Positions 46,555-58,848 of a stretch of DNA of 64,000 nucleotides are shown piece by piece. The first letter of the stretch is position 1; each line of letters begins with the position of its first letter. Both the position numbers and the translations under genes were made by a program. A model generated the notes under the pieces. The model had not been told where the DNA came from. It did no database searches and was given only the letters and a program-made list of their open reading frames with translations. The stretch covers positions 5,850 through 69,849 of the forward strand of contig CAZKNH010000003.1 in assembly GCA_964553875.1 (NCBI GenBank). Direction: 5' to 3'. The DNA is from an uncultured Gammaproteobacteria bacterium (lineage in GTDB: Bacteria; Pseudomonadota; Gammaproteobacteria; Steroidobacterales; Rariloculaceae).

Positions 46555-47576
46555 CGCTCGCGGCGGGCCCGGCTACGCGCCTCCGGGGCGCGGGCGGCCT
46601 GCTCCTCGCGCATCCGCGCTTCCTCGCGCGCATAGGCCGTGACGATCTTTTGCACGAGCGGATGCCGGACGACGTCGGTCGAGTCGAAATAGATGAACGC
46701 GATGCCGGGCACGTCGCGCAGCACGCGTGACGCCTGCTCGAGGCCCGACTCGCGCCCCGGAGGCAGGTCCGTCTGCGTGATGTCGCCGGTCACGACGGCG
46801 CGCGAGCCGAAGCCGATCCGCGTCAGGAACATCTTCATCTGCTCGGGCGTCGTGTTCTGCGCCTCGTCGAGGATCACGAACGCCTCGTTCAGCGTGCGGC
46901 CGCGCATGAACGCGAGCGGTGCGATCTCGATGACCTGCCGCTCGACGAGGCGGGCGACTCGGTCGAAGCCGAGCATCTCGTAGAGCGCGTCGTACATCGG
47001 CCGTAGGTACGGATCGACCTTCTGCGACATGTCGCCGGGCAGAAAACCGAGCCGCTCGCCGGCCTCGACGGCCGGGCGCACGAGCACCATGCGGCGAACC
47101 GCGTCGGCGAGCAGCGCCTCGACGCCGGCCGCTACGGCCATGTAGGTCTTGCCGGTCCCCGCCGGTCCGATGCCGAACGTGAGGTCCCGCTCGCGCATCG
47201 CCTTCGCGTACTCGGCCTGATGCGCGCCGCGCGCCCGCACGTCGCGCCGCCGCGTATGGATCACGGACTCGTCGCGCGGAGCGCGCCCGCCGGGCCGGTC
47301 GTGCTCGACGATCGCGAGGTGCACGCGCTCGGGGTCGAGCTGATCGCGCTCCGTCGCGGCGAACAGGTCCTCGAGCACCGAGCGCGCCTTCTCGACGGCG
47401 ACCTCGGGGCCCGTGATCTCGAAGCGGTTACCGCGGTTCTTGATCCGCACGCCGAGCCGCTGCTCGATCAGCCGGAGGTGCTCGTCGAGCTGCCCCGCGA
47501 GGTTCGCCAACCGGCGGTGATCGTCCGGGACGAGCAGAAGCTCGACGCGGTGCTCGGTTGTCTGCGCGTCAGGCAA
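46551..47576 (-). CDS. ybeZ: PhoH-like ATPase YbeZ
   Basis: [15 protein letters not shown] (Walker A)...LGFLPGD...[10 protein letters not shown]...[12 protein letters not shown]. Confidence 0.92.
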   Translation of the reverse strand: MPDAQTTEHRVELLLVPDDHRRLANLAGQLDEHLRLIEQRLGVRIKNRGNRFEITGPEVAVEKARSVLEDLFAATERDQLDPERVHLAIVEHDRPGGRAPRDESVIHTRRRDVRARGAHQAEYAKAMRERDLTFGIGPAGTGKTYMAVAAGVEALLADAVRRMVLVRPAVEAGERLGFLPGDMSQKVDPYLRPMYDALYEMLGFDRVARLVERQVIEIAPLAFMRGRTLNEAFVILDEAQNTTPEQMKMFLTRIGFGSRAVVTGDITQTDLPPGRESGLEQASRVLRDVPGIAFIYFDSTDVVRHPLVQKIVTAYAREEARMREEQAARAPEARSRARRER

Positions 47577-48918
47577 TGGATCTCAGCGCCGTCCCGGGTT
47601 CGAGGCGGCCCCTCAGGGAGTTCGGCAAAGCCTCGGTGATGCGCACGTCGACGAACGTGCCGACGAGCGCAGGGTCGCCCGCAAAGTTGACCCAGCGGTT
47701 GTTCTCGGTCCGCCCGGCGATTTCTCGGGCGGATTTCTTCGATGCGCGCTCGACGAGCACGCGCTGCACGGTGCCGACCATCGAGCGGCTGATGGCGGCC
47801 GCCTGCGAGTTGATCAGGGCCTGCAACCGTTCGAGGCGGGCTTGCGCGACGTCGCGCGGGACCGGATCCGGCATCGCGGCGGCCGGCGTGCCGGGTCTCG
47901 CGCTGAAAATGAAGCTGAACGACTGATCGAAGCCGACGCGGCGGATCAGCTCGAGCGTCTCCTCGAAATCCTGCTCGGTCTCGCCCGGGAAGCCCACGAT
48001 GAAGTCCGACGAGATCGAGATCCCGGGCCGGGCGCGCTTCAGCTTGTCGATTTTCTCCACGTACTCCGCGGCCGTATGTCCCCGCTTCATCAGCGCGAGC
48101 ACGCGATCAGAGCCGCTCTGCACCGGAAGATGCAGAAAGCTTGCCAGCTTGTCCACCTCGGCGTACGCGTCGATCAGCGCATCCGTGAACTCGACCGGGT
48201 GCGACGTCGTGAAGCGGATCCGCTCGATCCCGTCGATCGCCGCGATGTAGTGGATCAGCGTCGCGAGATCGGCCGTGCGGCCGTCGTGCGTCGGGCCGCG
48301 ATACGCGTTGACGTTCTGCCCGAGCAGGTTGATCTCCTTGACGCCGAGCTCGGCGAGCCGATAGGCCTCGGCGATCACGTCGTCGAGCGGCCGGCTGATC
48401 TCCTCGCCGCGCGTATACGGCACGACGCAGTACGTGCAGTACTTGCTGCAGCCCTCCATGACCGACAGGAACGCGGTGCACGGCGAGCTCTTGGGCTCCG
48501 GAATCCGGTCGAACTTCTCGATCTCCGGGAAGCTCACGTCGACGACGTGCGGTCGGCCGGCGCGCACCTGCGTGATCATCTCGGGCAGCCGGTGCAGCGT
48601 CTGCGGGCCGAAGACGACGTCCACGAACGGCGCGCGCGCGAGGAGCGCTTCGCCCTCCTGGCTCGCGACGCAGCCGCCGACGCCGATGATCGCGTGCGGG
48701 CGGGCGGCCTTGAGCTGCCGCCATCGGCCGAGCAGCGAGAACACCTTCTCCTGTGCCTTCTCGCGGATCGAGCACGTGTTGAGGAGCAGGATATCCGCGT
48801 CGTCCGGACGCTCGGCCGGGACGGCGCCGAAATGCTCGGCGAGCACGTCGGCCATCTTGGCCGAGTCGTACTCGTTCATCTGGCACCCGAAGGTTTGAAT
48901 GAAAAAGCGTTGCGCCAA
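47569..48918 (-). CDS. miaB: tRNA-2-methylthio-N6-dimethylallyladenosine synthase
   Basis: [15 protein letters not shown]...[17 protein letters not shown] (radical SAM CxxxCxxC)...TSHP...TUF-like TRAM C-terminus. Confidence 0.95.
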   Translation of the reverse strand: MAQRFFIQTFGCQMNEYDSAKMADVLAEHFGAVPAERPDDADILLLNTCSIREKAQEKVFSLLGRWRQLKAARPHAIIGVGGCVASQEGEALLARAPFVDVVFGPQTLHRLPEMITQVRAGRPHVVDVSFPEIEKFDRIPEPKSSPCTAFLSVMEGCSKYCTYCVVPYTRGEEISRPLDDVIAEAYRLAELGVKEINLLGQNVNAYRGPTHDGRTADLATLIHYIAAIDGIERIRFTTSHPVEFTDALIDAYAEVDKLASFLHLPVQSGSDRVLALMKRGHTAAEYVEKIDKLKRARPGISISSDFIVGFPGETEQDFEETLELIRRVGFDQSFSFIFSARPGTPAAAMPDPVPRDVAQARLERLQALINSQAAAISRSMVGTVQRVLVERASKKSAREIAGRTENNRWVNFAGDPALVGTFVDVRITEALPNSLRGRLEPGTALRSIA

Positions 48919-49000
48919 AGGGCGTCGTCCTTGAATGCGTTGCGTCCGAGAGCGTTAGAGCCTAGCGCGGTGCCGCCGGCAGAAAAAGGTGTTCGGCCAG

Positions 49001-49135
49001 AAATTGGGGTCAGAGCCCGTTTTTTCCTTCGGAATCCGGGTCACATCGGCCGGCGCCCGAAAGGGCGCTACACCGGGGTTAGCATTTAGTGCCGGCGAAA
49101 AACGGGCTCTAACCCCGATTTTCTGACCCCAATTT
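49001..49135. repeat. 135-bp REP/MITE-like unit of the GGGGTCAGAGCCC family
   Basis: AAATTGGGGTCAGAGCCCGTTTTT is at 49001-49025. An inverted copy, AAAAACGGGCTCTAACCCCGATTTT, is at 49098-49122. A terminal CTGACCCCAATTT at 49123-49135 is the exact reverse complement of 49001-49013. The interior shares CGGAATCC(C)GGG with the 27212-27443 unit. Confidence 0.6.
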
Positions 49136-49149
49136 CGCCGCTCGTGCCG

Positions 49150-49578
49150 TCAGAACGGGATATCGTCGTCGAAATCCTCGACCGGAGGGCCGGCGGGCGC
49201 GGCCGCCGGCTCCTGGGACCTCGCCGGCGCCCCGGCGCCGGGACGGCTGCCGAGCATCTGCATGTCGTTGGCGATGATCTCCGTCGTCCAGCGGTCGTTA
49301 CCGTCACGATCCTGCCACTTGCGCGTCCGCAGGCGCCCTTCGATGTACACCTGCGAGCCCTTGCGCAGGTACTCGGCAGCGATCTCGGCCAGCCGGCCGA
49401 ACATCGCGACGTTGTGCCACTCGGTGCGCTCCTGCTGCTCGCCGGTCTCCCGGTCCTTCCAGGACTCGGAGGTCGCGAGGCGAATGTTCGTGACGGCGCT
49501 CCCGCTCGGCATGTAGCGCGTCTCGGGATCGGCGCCCAAGTGGCCGATCAGAATGACTTTGTTGACGCCTCTGGCCAT
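49150..49578 (-). CDS. ssb: Single-stranded DNA-binding protein
   Basis: [26 protein letters not shown]...[14 protein letters not shown]...C-terminal DFDDDIPF. It is the last 142 codons of track ORF 49150..49998. Confidence 0.96.
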   Translation of the reverse strand: MARGVNKVILIGHLGADPETRYMPSGSAVTNIRLATSESWKDRETGEQQERTEWHNVAMFGRLAEIAAEYLRKGSQVYIEGRLRTRKWQDRDGNDRWTTEIIANDMQMLGSRPGAGAPARSQEPAAAPAGPPVEDFDDDIPF

Positions 49579-49728
49579 CGAAGCTCCTGCCTGGCAACGG
49601 GTGGACGGTGGATTCGCGGGGCACGGGGCCCGGACGGCCGCATTGTACGATGTTTTCGGCGAGCGGTTCTCAGCGTCGTTTCCGGCGGGGTCGGGCCGAA
49701 ATCGGGCCGCCGCAAGAAGTGCCGCCGA

Positions 49729-49869
49729 GAATCGTGTCAGACACGGTTTTCGGTTTGGCGCGGCCACCGCGGCCCGCGCGGGAGAACAAATCGTGTCAGA
49801 CACCATCTTCCGGACGGAGCGCTCGGCCGAGGGTTCTCGACGCGAGGGAAATGGTGTCTGACACGATTC
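49729..49869. repeat. 141-bp unit of the GTGTCAGACAC repeat family (three copies, two forward and one inverted)
   Basis: GAATCGTGTCAGACAC at 49729-49744 has its exact reverse complement at 49854-49869. The middle copy AATCGTGTCAGACACCAT (49789-49806) forms an 18-bp perfect inverted repeat with 49852-49869. Confidence 0.6.
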
Positions 49870-49987
49870 TTCTCGATGCAACTTCCGACCGTTCGCCCCG
49901 TCGAACCACGCGCCCCCTCCGACGTTTTGCGCCGCCGTTTTGCGGCGTCGTATAGTTTTCGATTCGCCGAAAAGGCGCCAACCACAC

Positions 49988-52891
<2,904 letters not shown>

Positions 52892-52917
52892 CGAAAAAAG
52901 CACTCGGAGGGGAAGTC

Positions 52918-53697
52918 ATGGCAAAGAACGCGTGGCAGGGACTCGCGCTGTCGATGCTTTGGCTGGCGCTGCCGTTCGCGGCGAACGCACAGGGCGCCGC
53001 GGCGGTGCTCGGGCCTACGGCGGACGCGCTCAAGATCGCCGACGTCACGACGGTGAGGGTCGTCGCGGCGGGCTCGGGTTACGAGAAGGGGAACCCGCAG
53101 CCGATCGTACCGGACCGGGAGGCCCTCGCCGCGGCGGGCCGCGCAACCGCCGATCCCTCTTCGCCGATGTACGTGCCGCCGCCGGCCGACAGGCGCCGCA
53201 GCTACTACCGGATCGTGAGCCACGTGGAGGAGATCGACCTCGCCGCCGAGTCGCTCGAGATCGAGGAGGTCCGCGCCGAATCGTCGGCGCCGAACGCGGC
53301 GCGCACACCCGCGAGCACGACGACGGTCGACGCGAGCGCCGACTGGTCGGAGCGTCACCGCTACTGGCTCACGCCGCACGGGTTCGTCAGAGGCGCCCTC
53401 GCGCGTAACGCATCGGTCGGCACGGAGACGGTGGCCGGCACCGAATATCGCGTCGTCAGCTTCACCGTCGACGGCCACGAGGTGCGCGGCTACGTCGACC
53501 CGGAGGACAAGCTCGTCCGCGTCAGGACGACCGTTGCGAGCGAAGACGGCGAGGCGACCGACGTGATCGAAAGCTTCTTCGACTGGAAGGATCAGGGCGG
53601 ACTCGCGTTCCCGTCGATCCTGATCCGCAAGGAGAATGACGAGCTCGCCGAGGTGCTCGTCGTGCAGTCCGTCGACACCGGGACGACGGCCGGCTGA
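52918..53697 (+). CDS. Exported hypothetical protein (259 aa)
   Basis: GGAGGGG is the RBS. The signal peptide is MAKNAWQGLALSMLWLALPFAANAQG. It is in frame with the tail of track ORF 51199..53697. I recognise no family. Confidence 0.55.
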   Translation: MAKNAWQGLALSMLWLALPFAANAQGAAAVLGPTADALKIADVTTVRVVAAGSGYEKGNPQPIVPDREALAAAGRATADPSSPMYVPPPADRRRSYYRIVSHVEEIDLAAESLEIEEVRAESSAPNAARTPASTTTVDASADWSERHRYWLTPHGFVRGALARNASVGTETVAGTEYRVVSFTVDGHEVRGYVDPEDKLVRVRTTVASEDGEATDVIESFFDWKDQGGLAFPSILIRKENDELAEVLVVQSVDTGTTAG

Positions 53698-53703
53698 GCT
53701 CGC

Positions 53704-53739
53704 CCGGTCGGAGCGGCGGCCGAGCCGCGCTCCGACCGG
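53704..53739. other. 12-bp hairpin between convergent genes
   Basis: CCGGTCGGAGCG (53704-53715) pairs with CGCTCCGACCGG (53728-53739). There is no T-run. The stem again resembles the GGTCGGAGC repeat core. Confidence 0.4.
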
Positions 53740-53746
53740 AGCGCCG

Positions 53747-54769
53747 TCACGGCGCGATGCGAACCCCGCTCAACGGACGGATCCCGACCCGATGGCGGAT
53801 CTCGTCCAGGAACGGCCGGCTGACCTCACGCGCCTTCTCCGCACCCTCGCGCAGGATCCGCTCGACGTGCTCGGGCGATGCGATCAGCCGCTCGTACTCG
53901 GCGCGGGCGTCGGCGAGGTGCCCGTCGATGTACTCGAACAGGATCTGCTTCATCTCGCCCCAGCCGATCCCTTCGGCGTAGCGCTGCCGGATCGCGGCCG
54001 TCTCCGCAGGCGTCGCGAACGCGCGGTAGATCGCGAAGAGGGAGCTCTCGTCCGGGTTCTTCGGCTCGCCCGGCGCCTGCGAGTTGGTCTTGATCCGCAT
54101 GATGAGCTTCCGTAGCTGCTCGCGCGGCGCGAAGAGCGGGATCGTGTTGCCATAGCTCTTCGACATCTTGCGGCCGTCGAGGCCCGGCAGGATCGCCGTA
54201 TGCTCCGCGACGACGGCCTCGGGGAGCACGAACGTCTCCCCGTAGTGATGGTTGAAGCGGCCCGCGATGTCCCGCGCCATCTCGACGTGCTGAATCTGAT
54301 CGCTGCCGACCGGCACCTTGTTCGTCTTGAACATCAGGATGTCCGCGGCCATCAGGATCGGATAGCAGAAGAGCCCCATCGTGACGCCCTTGTCGGGATC
54401 ACGGTCCCCGCTCGCCTCGTTCTCGGCCACGGCCGCCTTGTACGCGTGGGCGCGGTTCATCAGGCCCTTCGCCGTCAGGCACGTCAGGATCCAGTTGAGC
54501 TCGAGGATCTCCGGAATGTCGGACTGCCGGTAGAACACGACCTTGTCCGGGTTCAGGCCGCACGCGAGCCAGGCCGCCGCAATCTCGAGCGTCGACGGTG
54601 CGACCCGCTCGGGATCCCTGCCTTTGACGAGCGAGTGGTAATCGGCAAGGAACAGGAACGAGCGCGTGTTCGGGTTCTCGCTCGCCGCGATCGCCGGCCG
54701 AATCGCGCCGACGTAATTACCGATATGCGGGGCGCCGGTCGTCGTGATGCCCGTCAGTACCGTTTCCAT
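53747..54769 (-). CDS. trpS: Tryptophan--tRNA ligase
   Basis: The sequence runs [17 protein letters not shown] (HIGH-type)...[15 protein letters not shown]...KMSKSYGN (KMSKS). The start was set at ATG 54769 (METVLTG). Confidence 0.92.
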   Translation of the reverse strand: METVLTGITTTGAPHIGNYVGAIRPAIAASENPNTRSFLFLADYHSLVKGRDPERVAPSTLEIAAAWLACGLNPDKVVFYRQSDIPEILELNWILTCLTAKGLMNRAHAYKAAVAENEASGDRDPDKGVTMGLFCYPILMAADILMFKTNKVPVGSDQIQHVEMARDIAGRFNHHYGETFVLPEAVVAEHTAILPGLDGRKMSKSYGNTIPLFAPREQLRKLIMRIKTNSQAPGEPKNPDESSLFAIYRAFATPAETAAIRQRYAEGIGWGEMKQILFEYIDGHLADARAEYERLIASPEHVERILREGAEKAREVSRPFLDEIRHRVGIRPLSGVRIAP

Positions 54770-55011
54770 CCTCGAGATCCTCTTCGTCTCCGCCGGCCGA
54801 ACGGGTTGCAAACGCCGACTGCGTAAAGGGCCGGCCGGGGTCGCTGCCGCCGGGCGCCGTGAGACCCGCCGACGCACCGCAGAACGACGGCGGCCCGTGC
54901 CCGCGGCCGCGGGACCGGCATAGTGACGAGCACGCGCGGCGAAGGCAAGCCGCGCCACCGCCGCGGCAGCGGGCGCTATCATGTGTATTCCCCCTCGAGG
55001 AGCGCGGCCCG

Positions 55012-56346
55012 ATGCCCATCGCGACGGACGACGACCTGCGATTGCCGTATAGGGACCACCTCGACACGTGGTCGCGGCGCGTCGAGCAGGCACTCGGCGC
55101 CGCCGGGCTCGACGCGCTCTGCGTGTTCGCGGGCCCCGAGCGCTTCCCCGCGCGCGACGACGTGCCGTACCCGTTCCGGATCGAGCCGTACTTCAAGGCG
55201 TTCGTGCCGCTCGTCGACGCCGCGGGCTCGGTCCTCGCGCTCGCGCCCGGGCAGCGTCCGCGGCTGATCTACCTTCAGCCCGACGACTACTGGTACGCGC
55301 CGCCGAAGGACCCGGAAGGCTTCTGGACCGACTTCGTCGACGTGCGGATCGCGCGCGACGCCGCCCAGGTCCTCCAAATCCTTCGCGACCTGCCGCGGCG
55401 CACCGGCGCGATCGGCGAGCCGGGCGCGGCCGCGGATCGCTTCGCGTCGGTCGACGATCCGGCCGTGCTCCGCGCGCTCGATTTCCATCGCGCGTACAAG
55501 ACGCCGTACGAGGTGACGTGCCTCGAGCGCGCGTCCGCGCTCGCGGTCAGGGGGCATCGCGCGGCGGCAGAGGCGTTCGCCGCGGACACGTCCGAGTTCG
55601 ACCTGCACCAGCGCTACTGCGACGCCGCCGGGCAGCGCGAGAGCGAGCTGCCGTACAACGCGATCGTGGCGGTCGATCGGCACGCGGCCGTGCTGCACTA
55701 CCAGCGCCTCGATCGCACGCCGCCCGAGCGCGGCGCAACGTTGCTGATCGACGCAGGCGCGTCGTTCCTGGGCTACGGCTCCGATATCACTCGGACGACG
55801 GTCCGGCATGCCGCAGAGTTCGCCGCGCTCCGCGACTCGATCGACGCGATGCAGCAGACGCTGTGCCGGGAGCTCCGAGCCGGAGTCGACTTCGTCGCGC
55901 TCAACGAGCGGGCGCACGAGCTCCTCGCGGGCGTGCTCGTCGACCACGGCATCGTGCGCTGCAGCGCCGCCGAGGCGCTCGAGCACGGCGTCACGCGGAC
56001 GTTCCTGCCCCACGGCCTCGGCCACCTCGTCGGCCTCCAGGTGCACGATGCCGGCGGCCGGCAGGTCTCGCCGGACGGCGAGGAGCGTCCGCCGCCCGGC
56101 GAGCATCCGTACTTGAGGCTCACGCGCACCGTCGAGCCCGGCTTCGTCGTCACGATCGAGCCCGGCGTCTACTTTATTCCGGCGCTTTTGCGCACAATGG
56201 CGGCGCCGAACCGGGCGCGCGTCGACTGGGACGCGGTCGAGCGGCTCCTGCCCTACGGCGGGATCCGCATCGAGGACGACGTGCTCGTCGAGCCCGACGG
56301 AATCAGGAATCTGACGCGCGAGGCGTTCGCGGCCGCCGAGCCGTGA
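55012..56346 (+). CDS. pepQ: Xaa-Pro dipeptidase (prolidase, M24B)
   Basis: It is collinear with E. coli PepQ: [93 protein letters not shown]. The start was set at ATG 55012. Confidence 0.88.
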   Translation: MPIATDDDLRLPYRDHLDTWSRRVEQALGAAGLDALCVFAGPERFPARDDVPYPFRIEPYFKAFVPLVDAAGSVLALAPGQRPRLIYLQPDDYWYAPPKDPEGFWTDFVDVRIARDAAQVLQILRDLPRRTGAIGEPGAAADRFASVDDPAVLRALDFHRAYKTPYEVTCLERASALAVRGHRAAAEAFAADTSEFDLHQRYCDAAGQRESELPYNAIVAVDRHAAVLHYQRLDRTPPERGATLLIDAGASFLGYGSDITRTTVRHAAEFAALRDSIDAMQQTLCRELRAGVDFVALNERAHELLAGVLVDHGIVRCSAAEALEHGVTRTFLPHGLGHLVGLQVHDAGGRQVSPDGEERPPPGEHPYLRLTRTVEPGFVVTIEPGVYFIPALLRTMAAPNRARVDWDAVERLLPYGGIRIEDDVLVEPDGIRNLTREAFAAAEP

Positions 56347-56350
56347 GAAG

Positions 56351-56437
56351 AAAAATCGGGTCAGACACCATTTTTCCCGCGACGGCGTCGAATACCCTCG
56401 GGCACGGTCATCGGAAAAATGGTGTCTGACACAATTG
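56351..56437. repeat. 87-bp hairpin unit of the GTCAGACACC repeat family
   Basis: GTCAGACACCATTTTT at 56360-56375 has its exact reverse complement at 56415-56430. The flanks are AAAAATCGG and ACAATTG. It starts 5 nt after the pepQ stop and is a likely terminator-like structure. Confidence 0.6.
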
Positions 56438-56468
56438 TTTCCGCGCGAATACGAGAAGGGATCACGGA

Positions 56469-57059
56469 ATGTCGCATCGAACGAGGGATCTGCCGCCGCT
56501 CACGGGCATCAGCCACACGATCCGGGAGCTGCGCTACCACGAGATCGCACGCCAGGCGCTCGGCATCGTCCTGATCCTCGTGTTCGCGCTCGCGGCCGAG
56601 CCGACGACGTGGTCGGCCGCGGTCGGCTTGAGCCTGGCGGTCGTCGGCACCGCGGTCCGACTCTACGCGAGCGGCTTCATCGTGAAGAACCACGAGCTCG
56701 CGCGGCACGGGCCGTACGCGCTCGTCCGCCATCCGCTCTACACCGGCAATATCCTCGTGCTCGCCGGGTTCGCGATCGCGAGCTGGCAATGGTGGGCGCC
56801 GCTCGTCGCGCTCGCGTTCTTCTGGTTCTACTATCCGACGGCGATCGAGTACGAGGACCGGAAGCTCAAGCGGATCTTCGGCGCGGAGTGGGAGGAGTGG
56901 GCGCGCGTGACGCCCGCGCTCGTGCCGACGTTCAAGAACGTGAGCCGGATGTCCGGGGGCGAGTGGTCGCTGCAGAAAAGCTTCGGCAAGAACGGCGAAG
57001 CGGCCATCGCCGTGTACATCCTGATTTGCATGTATCTCGCCGCACGCCCCGTGCTGTGA
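56469..57059 (+). CDS. Isoprenylcysteine carboxyl / phospholipid methyltransferase family membrane protein
   Basis: It has four to five TM segments, and HGPYALVRHPLYTGNILVLAGFAI is the ICMT/PEMT signature. Confidence 0.75.
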   Translation: MSHRTRDLPPLTGISHTIRELRYHEIARQALGIVLILVFALAAEPTTWSAAVGLSLAVVGTAVRLYASGFIVKNHELARHGPYALVRHPLYTGNILVLAGFAIASWQWWAPLVALAFFWFYYPTAIEYEDRKLKRIFGAEWEEWARVTPALVPTFKNVSRMSGGEWSLQKSFGKNGEAAIAVYILICMYLAARPVL

Positions 57060-57820
57060 CGGGGCCCGAAAGCGGCAGCCGCCCGACAGGGGCCCCACTC
57101 GCCGCGCCGGACACAGCGCAAGGCGCGGAGCTCGAAGCGTTCGTCGAGCAGGCGCTCGCGCGCGGCACGGGCCGTCTCCTCGGCCGCGGCTATCAGGCGA
57201 GCGTCTACCTGCTCGAAGCCCCGATCGGCCGCGTCGTCGTGAAGAAGGCGCACGAGTCGCCGCTCGTTCGCCGTATTGCGCTCGGCGCTTTGCGGCGCGA
57301 GGCCGCCGTGTACGAGCGGCTGCGCGGCGTGCCGGGCGTGCCGCGATCGTACGGGCTGGTTGGCGGTCACCTCGTGCTCGAGCACATCGACGGACCGTCG
57401 CTGCGCCGGCACGACAAGCAGCTCGAGGACCGCGAACGCTTCTTCGCGCGGCTCCTCGAAACGCTCGACGCGATGCACGCGGCCGGCGTCGCGCATGGCG
57501 ACCTGAAGCGCAAGGACAACGTGCTCGTCGGCCCCGGTGAGCGGCCGTATGTGATCGACTTCGGCATCGCGTGGTGCGTCGGCCCGGACTCGCCGCGCTG
57601 GCGCCGGCGCGTGTTCGACGTGCTGTGCCAGATGGACTACAACTCGTGGCTGAAGCTCAAGTATCGGCGCCGGTTCGAGGACGCGGAGAACGTTTCCCCC
57701 GAGGACGCGGCACGCTATCGGCCGCTGCTGCTCGAGCGCGCGGCGAGGGCCGTGCGTATCCCGTGGCAGAAAATCACGCTGCGGCGGCTCCGCAAGCGCC
57801 GCAGAGCGCGCCGCGCGTGA
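57056..57820 (+). CDS. RIO/Bud32/Kdo-kinase-like small protein kinase
   Basis: The motifs are LGRGYQASVYLL...VVVKK (Gly-loop/Lys), HAAGVAHGDLKRKDNVLV (catalytic loop) and VIDFGIAW (DFG). The GTG at 57056 overlaps the stop of the methyltransferase gene (GTGA). It is the C-terminal part of track ORF 56435..57820. Confidence 0.65.
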   Translation: MTGPESGSRPTGAPLAAPDTAQGAELEAFVEQALARGTGRLLGRGYQASVYLLEAPIGRVVVKKAHESPLVRRIALGALRREAAVYERLRGVPGVPRSYGLVGGHLVLEHIDGPSLRRHDKQLEDRERFFARLLETLDAMHAAGVAHGDLKRKDNVLVGPGERPYVIDFGIAWCVGPDSPRWRRRVFDVLCQMDYNSWLKLKYRRRFEDAENVSPEDAARYRPLLLERAARAVRIPWQKITLRRLRKRRRARRA

Positions 57821-57839
57821 GCACTCGAACGCGAAGACA

Positions 57840-58520
57840 ATGAACGTATTGCTCGATCTCGACGGGACGTTGACGAACCCCGAGCAGGGGATCGTCGCGT
57901 GCATCCGGCATGCGCTCGACGTTCTCGAGCGAACGGTGTCGGCGGACGTCGACCTCACACGCTACATCGGGCCTCCGCTCGCCGATGCGTTCCGCGAAAT
58001 TCTCGCGACGAACGATCGCGCGGAGATCGAAGCGGCCGTCGCGGCCTACCGCGCACGGTTCGGAACGATCGGGCTCTTCGAGAACGAGCTCTACGCAGGC
58101 ATTCCGGAAGCCCTCGAGGCGCTGACCGCTCGCAACGCGCGCCTCTTCCTCGCGACGTCGAAGCCGCGCGTGTACGCCGTGCGGATCGTCGAGCATTTCG
58201 GGCTCGCAAAGTTCTTTACCGGCCTTTATGGCAGCGAGCTCGACGGGACACGCACGGACAAGGGGGAGCTGATCGCGCACATCCTCGCCACCGAGCGCCT
58301 CGAGCCAGCGGACACCGTGATGATCGGCGATCGAAAACACGACGTGATCGGCGCGCTCCGGAACCGCGTTCGCCCGCTCGGGGCGCTGTGGGGATTCGGC
58401 ACGCTCGAGGAGCTGCGAGCCGCGGGCGCGGCGGGCTTTCTCGAGAAGCCGACGGACCTCGGCCGGATCGGGCTCGACACGGAATCGGCCGCAGACGTCA
58501 CACGGACGCGTGACGCGTGA
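57840..58520 (+). CDS. HAD-superfamily hydrolase (phosphoglycolate phosphatase-like)
   Basis: MNVLLDLDGTLTNP (motif I DxDGT), LATSKP (motif II) and IGDRKHDVIGA (motif III/IV). Confidence 0.8.
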   Translation: MNVLLDLDGTLTNPEQGIVACIRHALDVLERTVSADVDLTRYIGPPLADAFREILATNDRAEIEAAVAAYRARFGTIGLFENELYAGIPEALEALTARNARLFLATSKPRVYAVRIVEHFGLAKFFTGLYGSELDGTRTDKGELIAHILATERLEPADTVMIGDRKHDVIGALRNRVRPLGALWGFGTLEELRAAGAAGFLEKPTDLGRIGLDTESAADVTRTRDA

Positions 58521-58556
58521 ATCCGGCGTGAGGCCGGCACGGATCGGGGCAGCTCA

Positions 58557-58811
58557 ATGATCAAGACGCCGTCTCACGAAACCTGCCCTTTCTGCGAGTA
58601 CCTCTCGGGCGCCGCCCGCTGCGTATTCGTGACGCGCGGCCCGCTCCTGTCGTCATTCCTGAACCGCACGCAGTTCGAGCGCGGCGCGTTGCTGCTCGTG
58701 CCGCGCTACGAGACGAGCGTGCCGTGGCAGCGTTTTCACTCGAGCGACTTCCCGCATACGCCGATCGACGAGCTCGAGGCGCTCGCGGTCCGGATTCGAA
58801 GCGCGTTGTGA
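58557..58811 (+). pseudogene. HIT-family-like N-terminal fragment (possible gene remnant)
   Basis: CPFCEYLSG...FLN...RGALLLVPRYE resembles the first half of HIT hydrolases. The ORF stops after 84 aa, before any HxHxH motif, and the next gene starts 37 nt later. Confidence 0.35.
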
Positions 58812-58848
58812 GCACGTCGGGGCGACAGGAACGGGATTCGGCAACACG

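Noticed and set aside
49579-49987. Canonical LexA box between ssb and uvrA
   Set aside because: I searched by eye for CTGT-N8-ACAG and for TTAG...TACTA-type boxes and found none. I report only the CGTTTTGCG direct repeat, as a speculative alternative.
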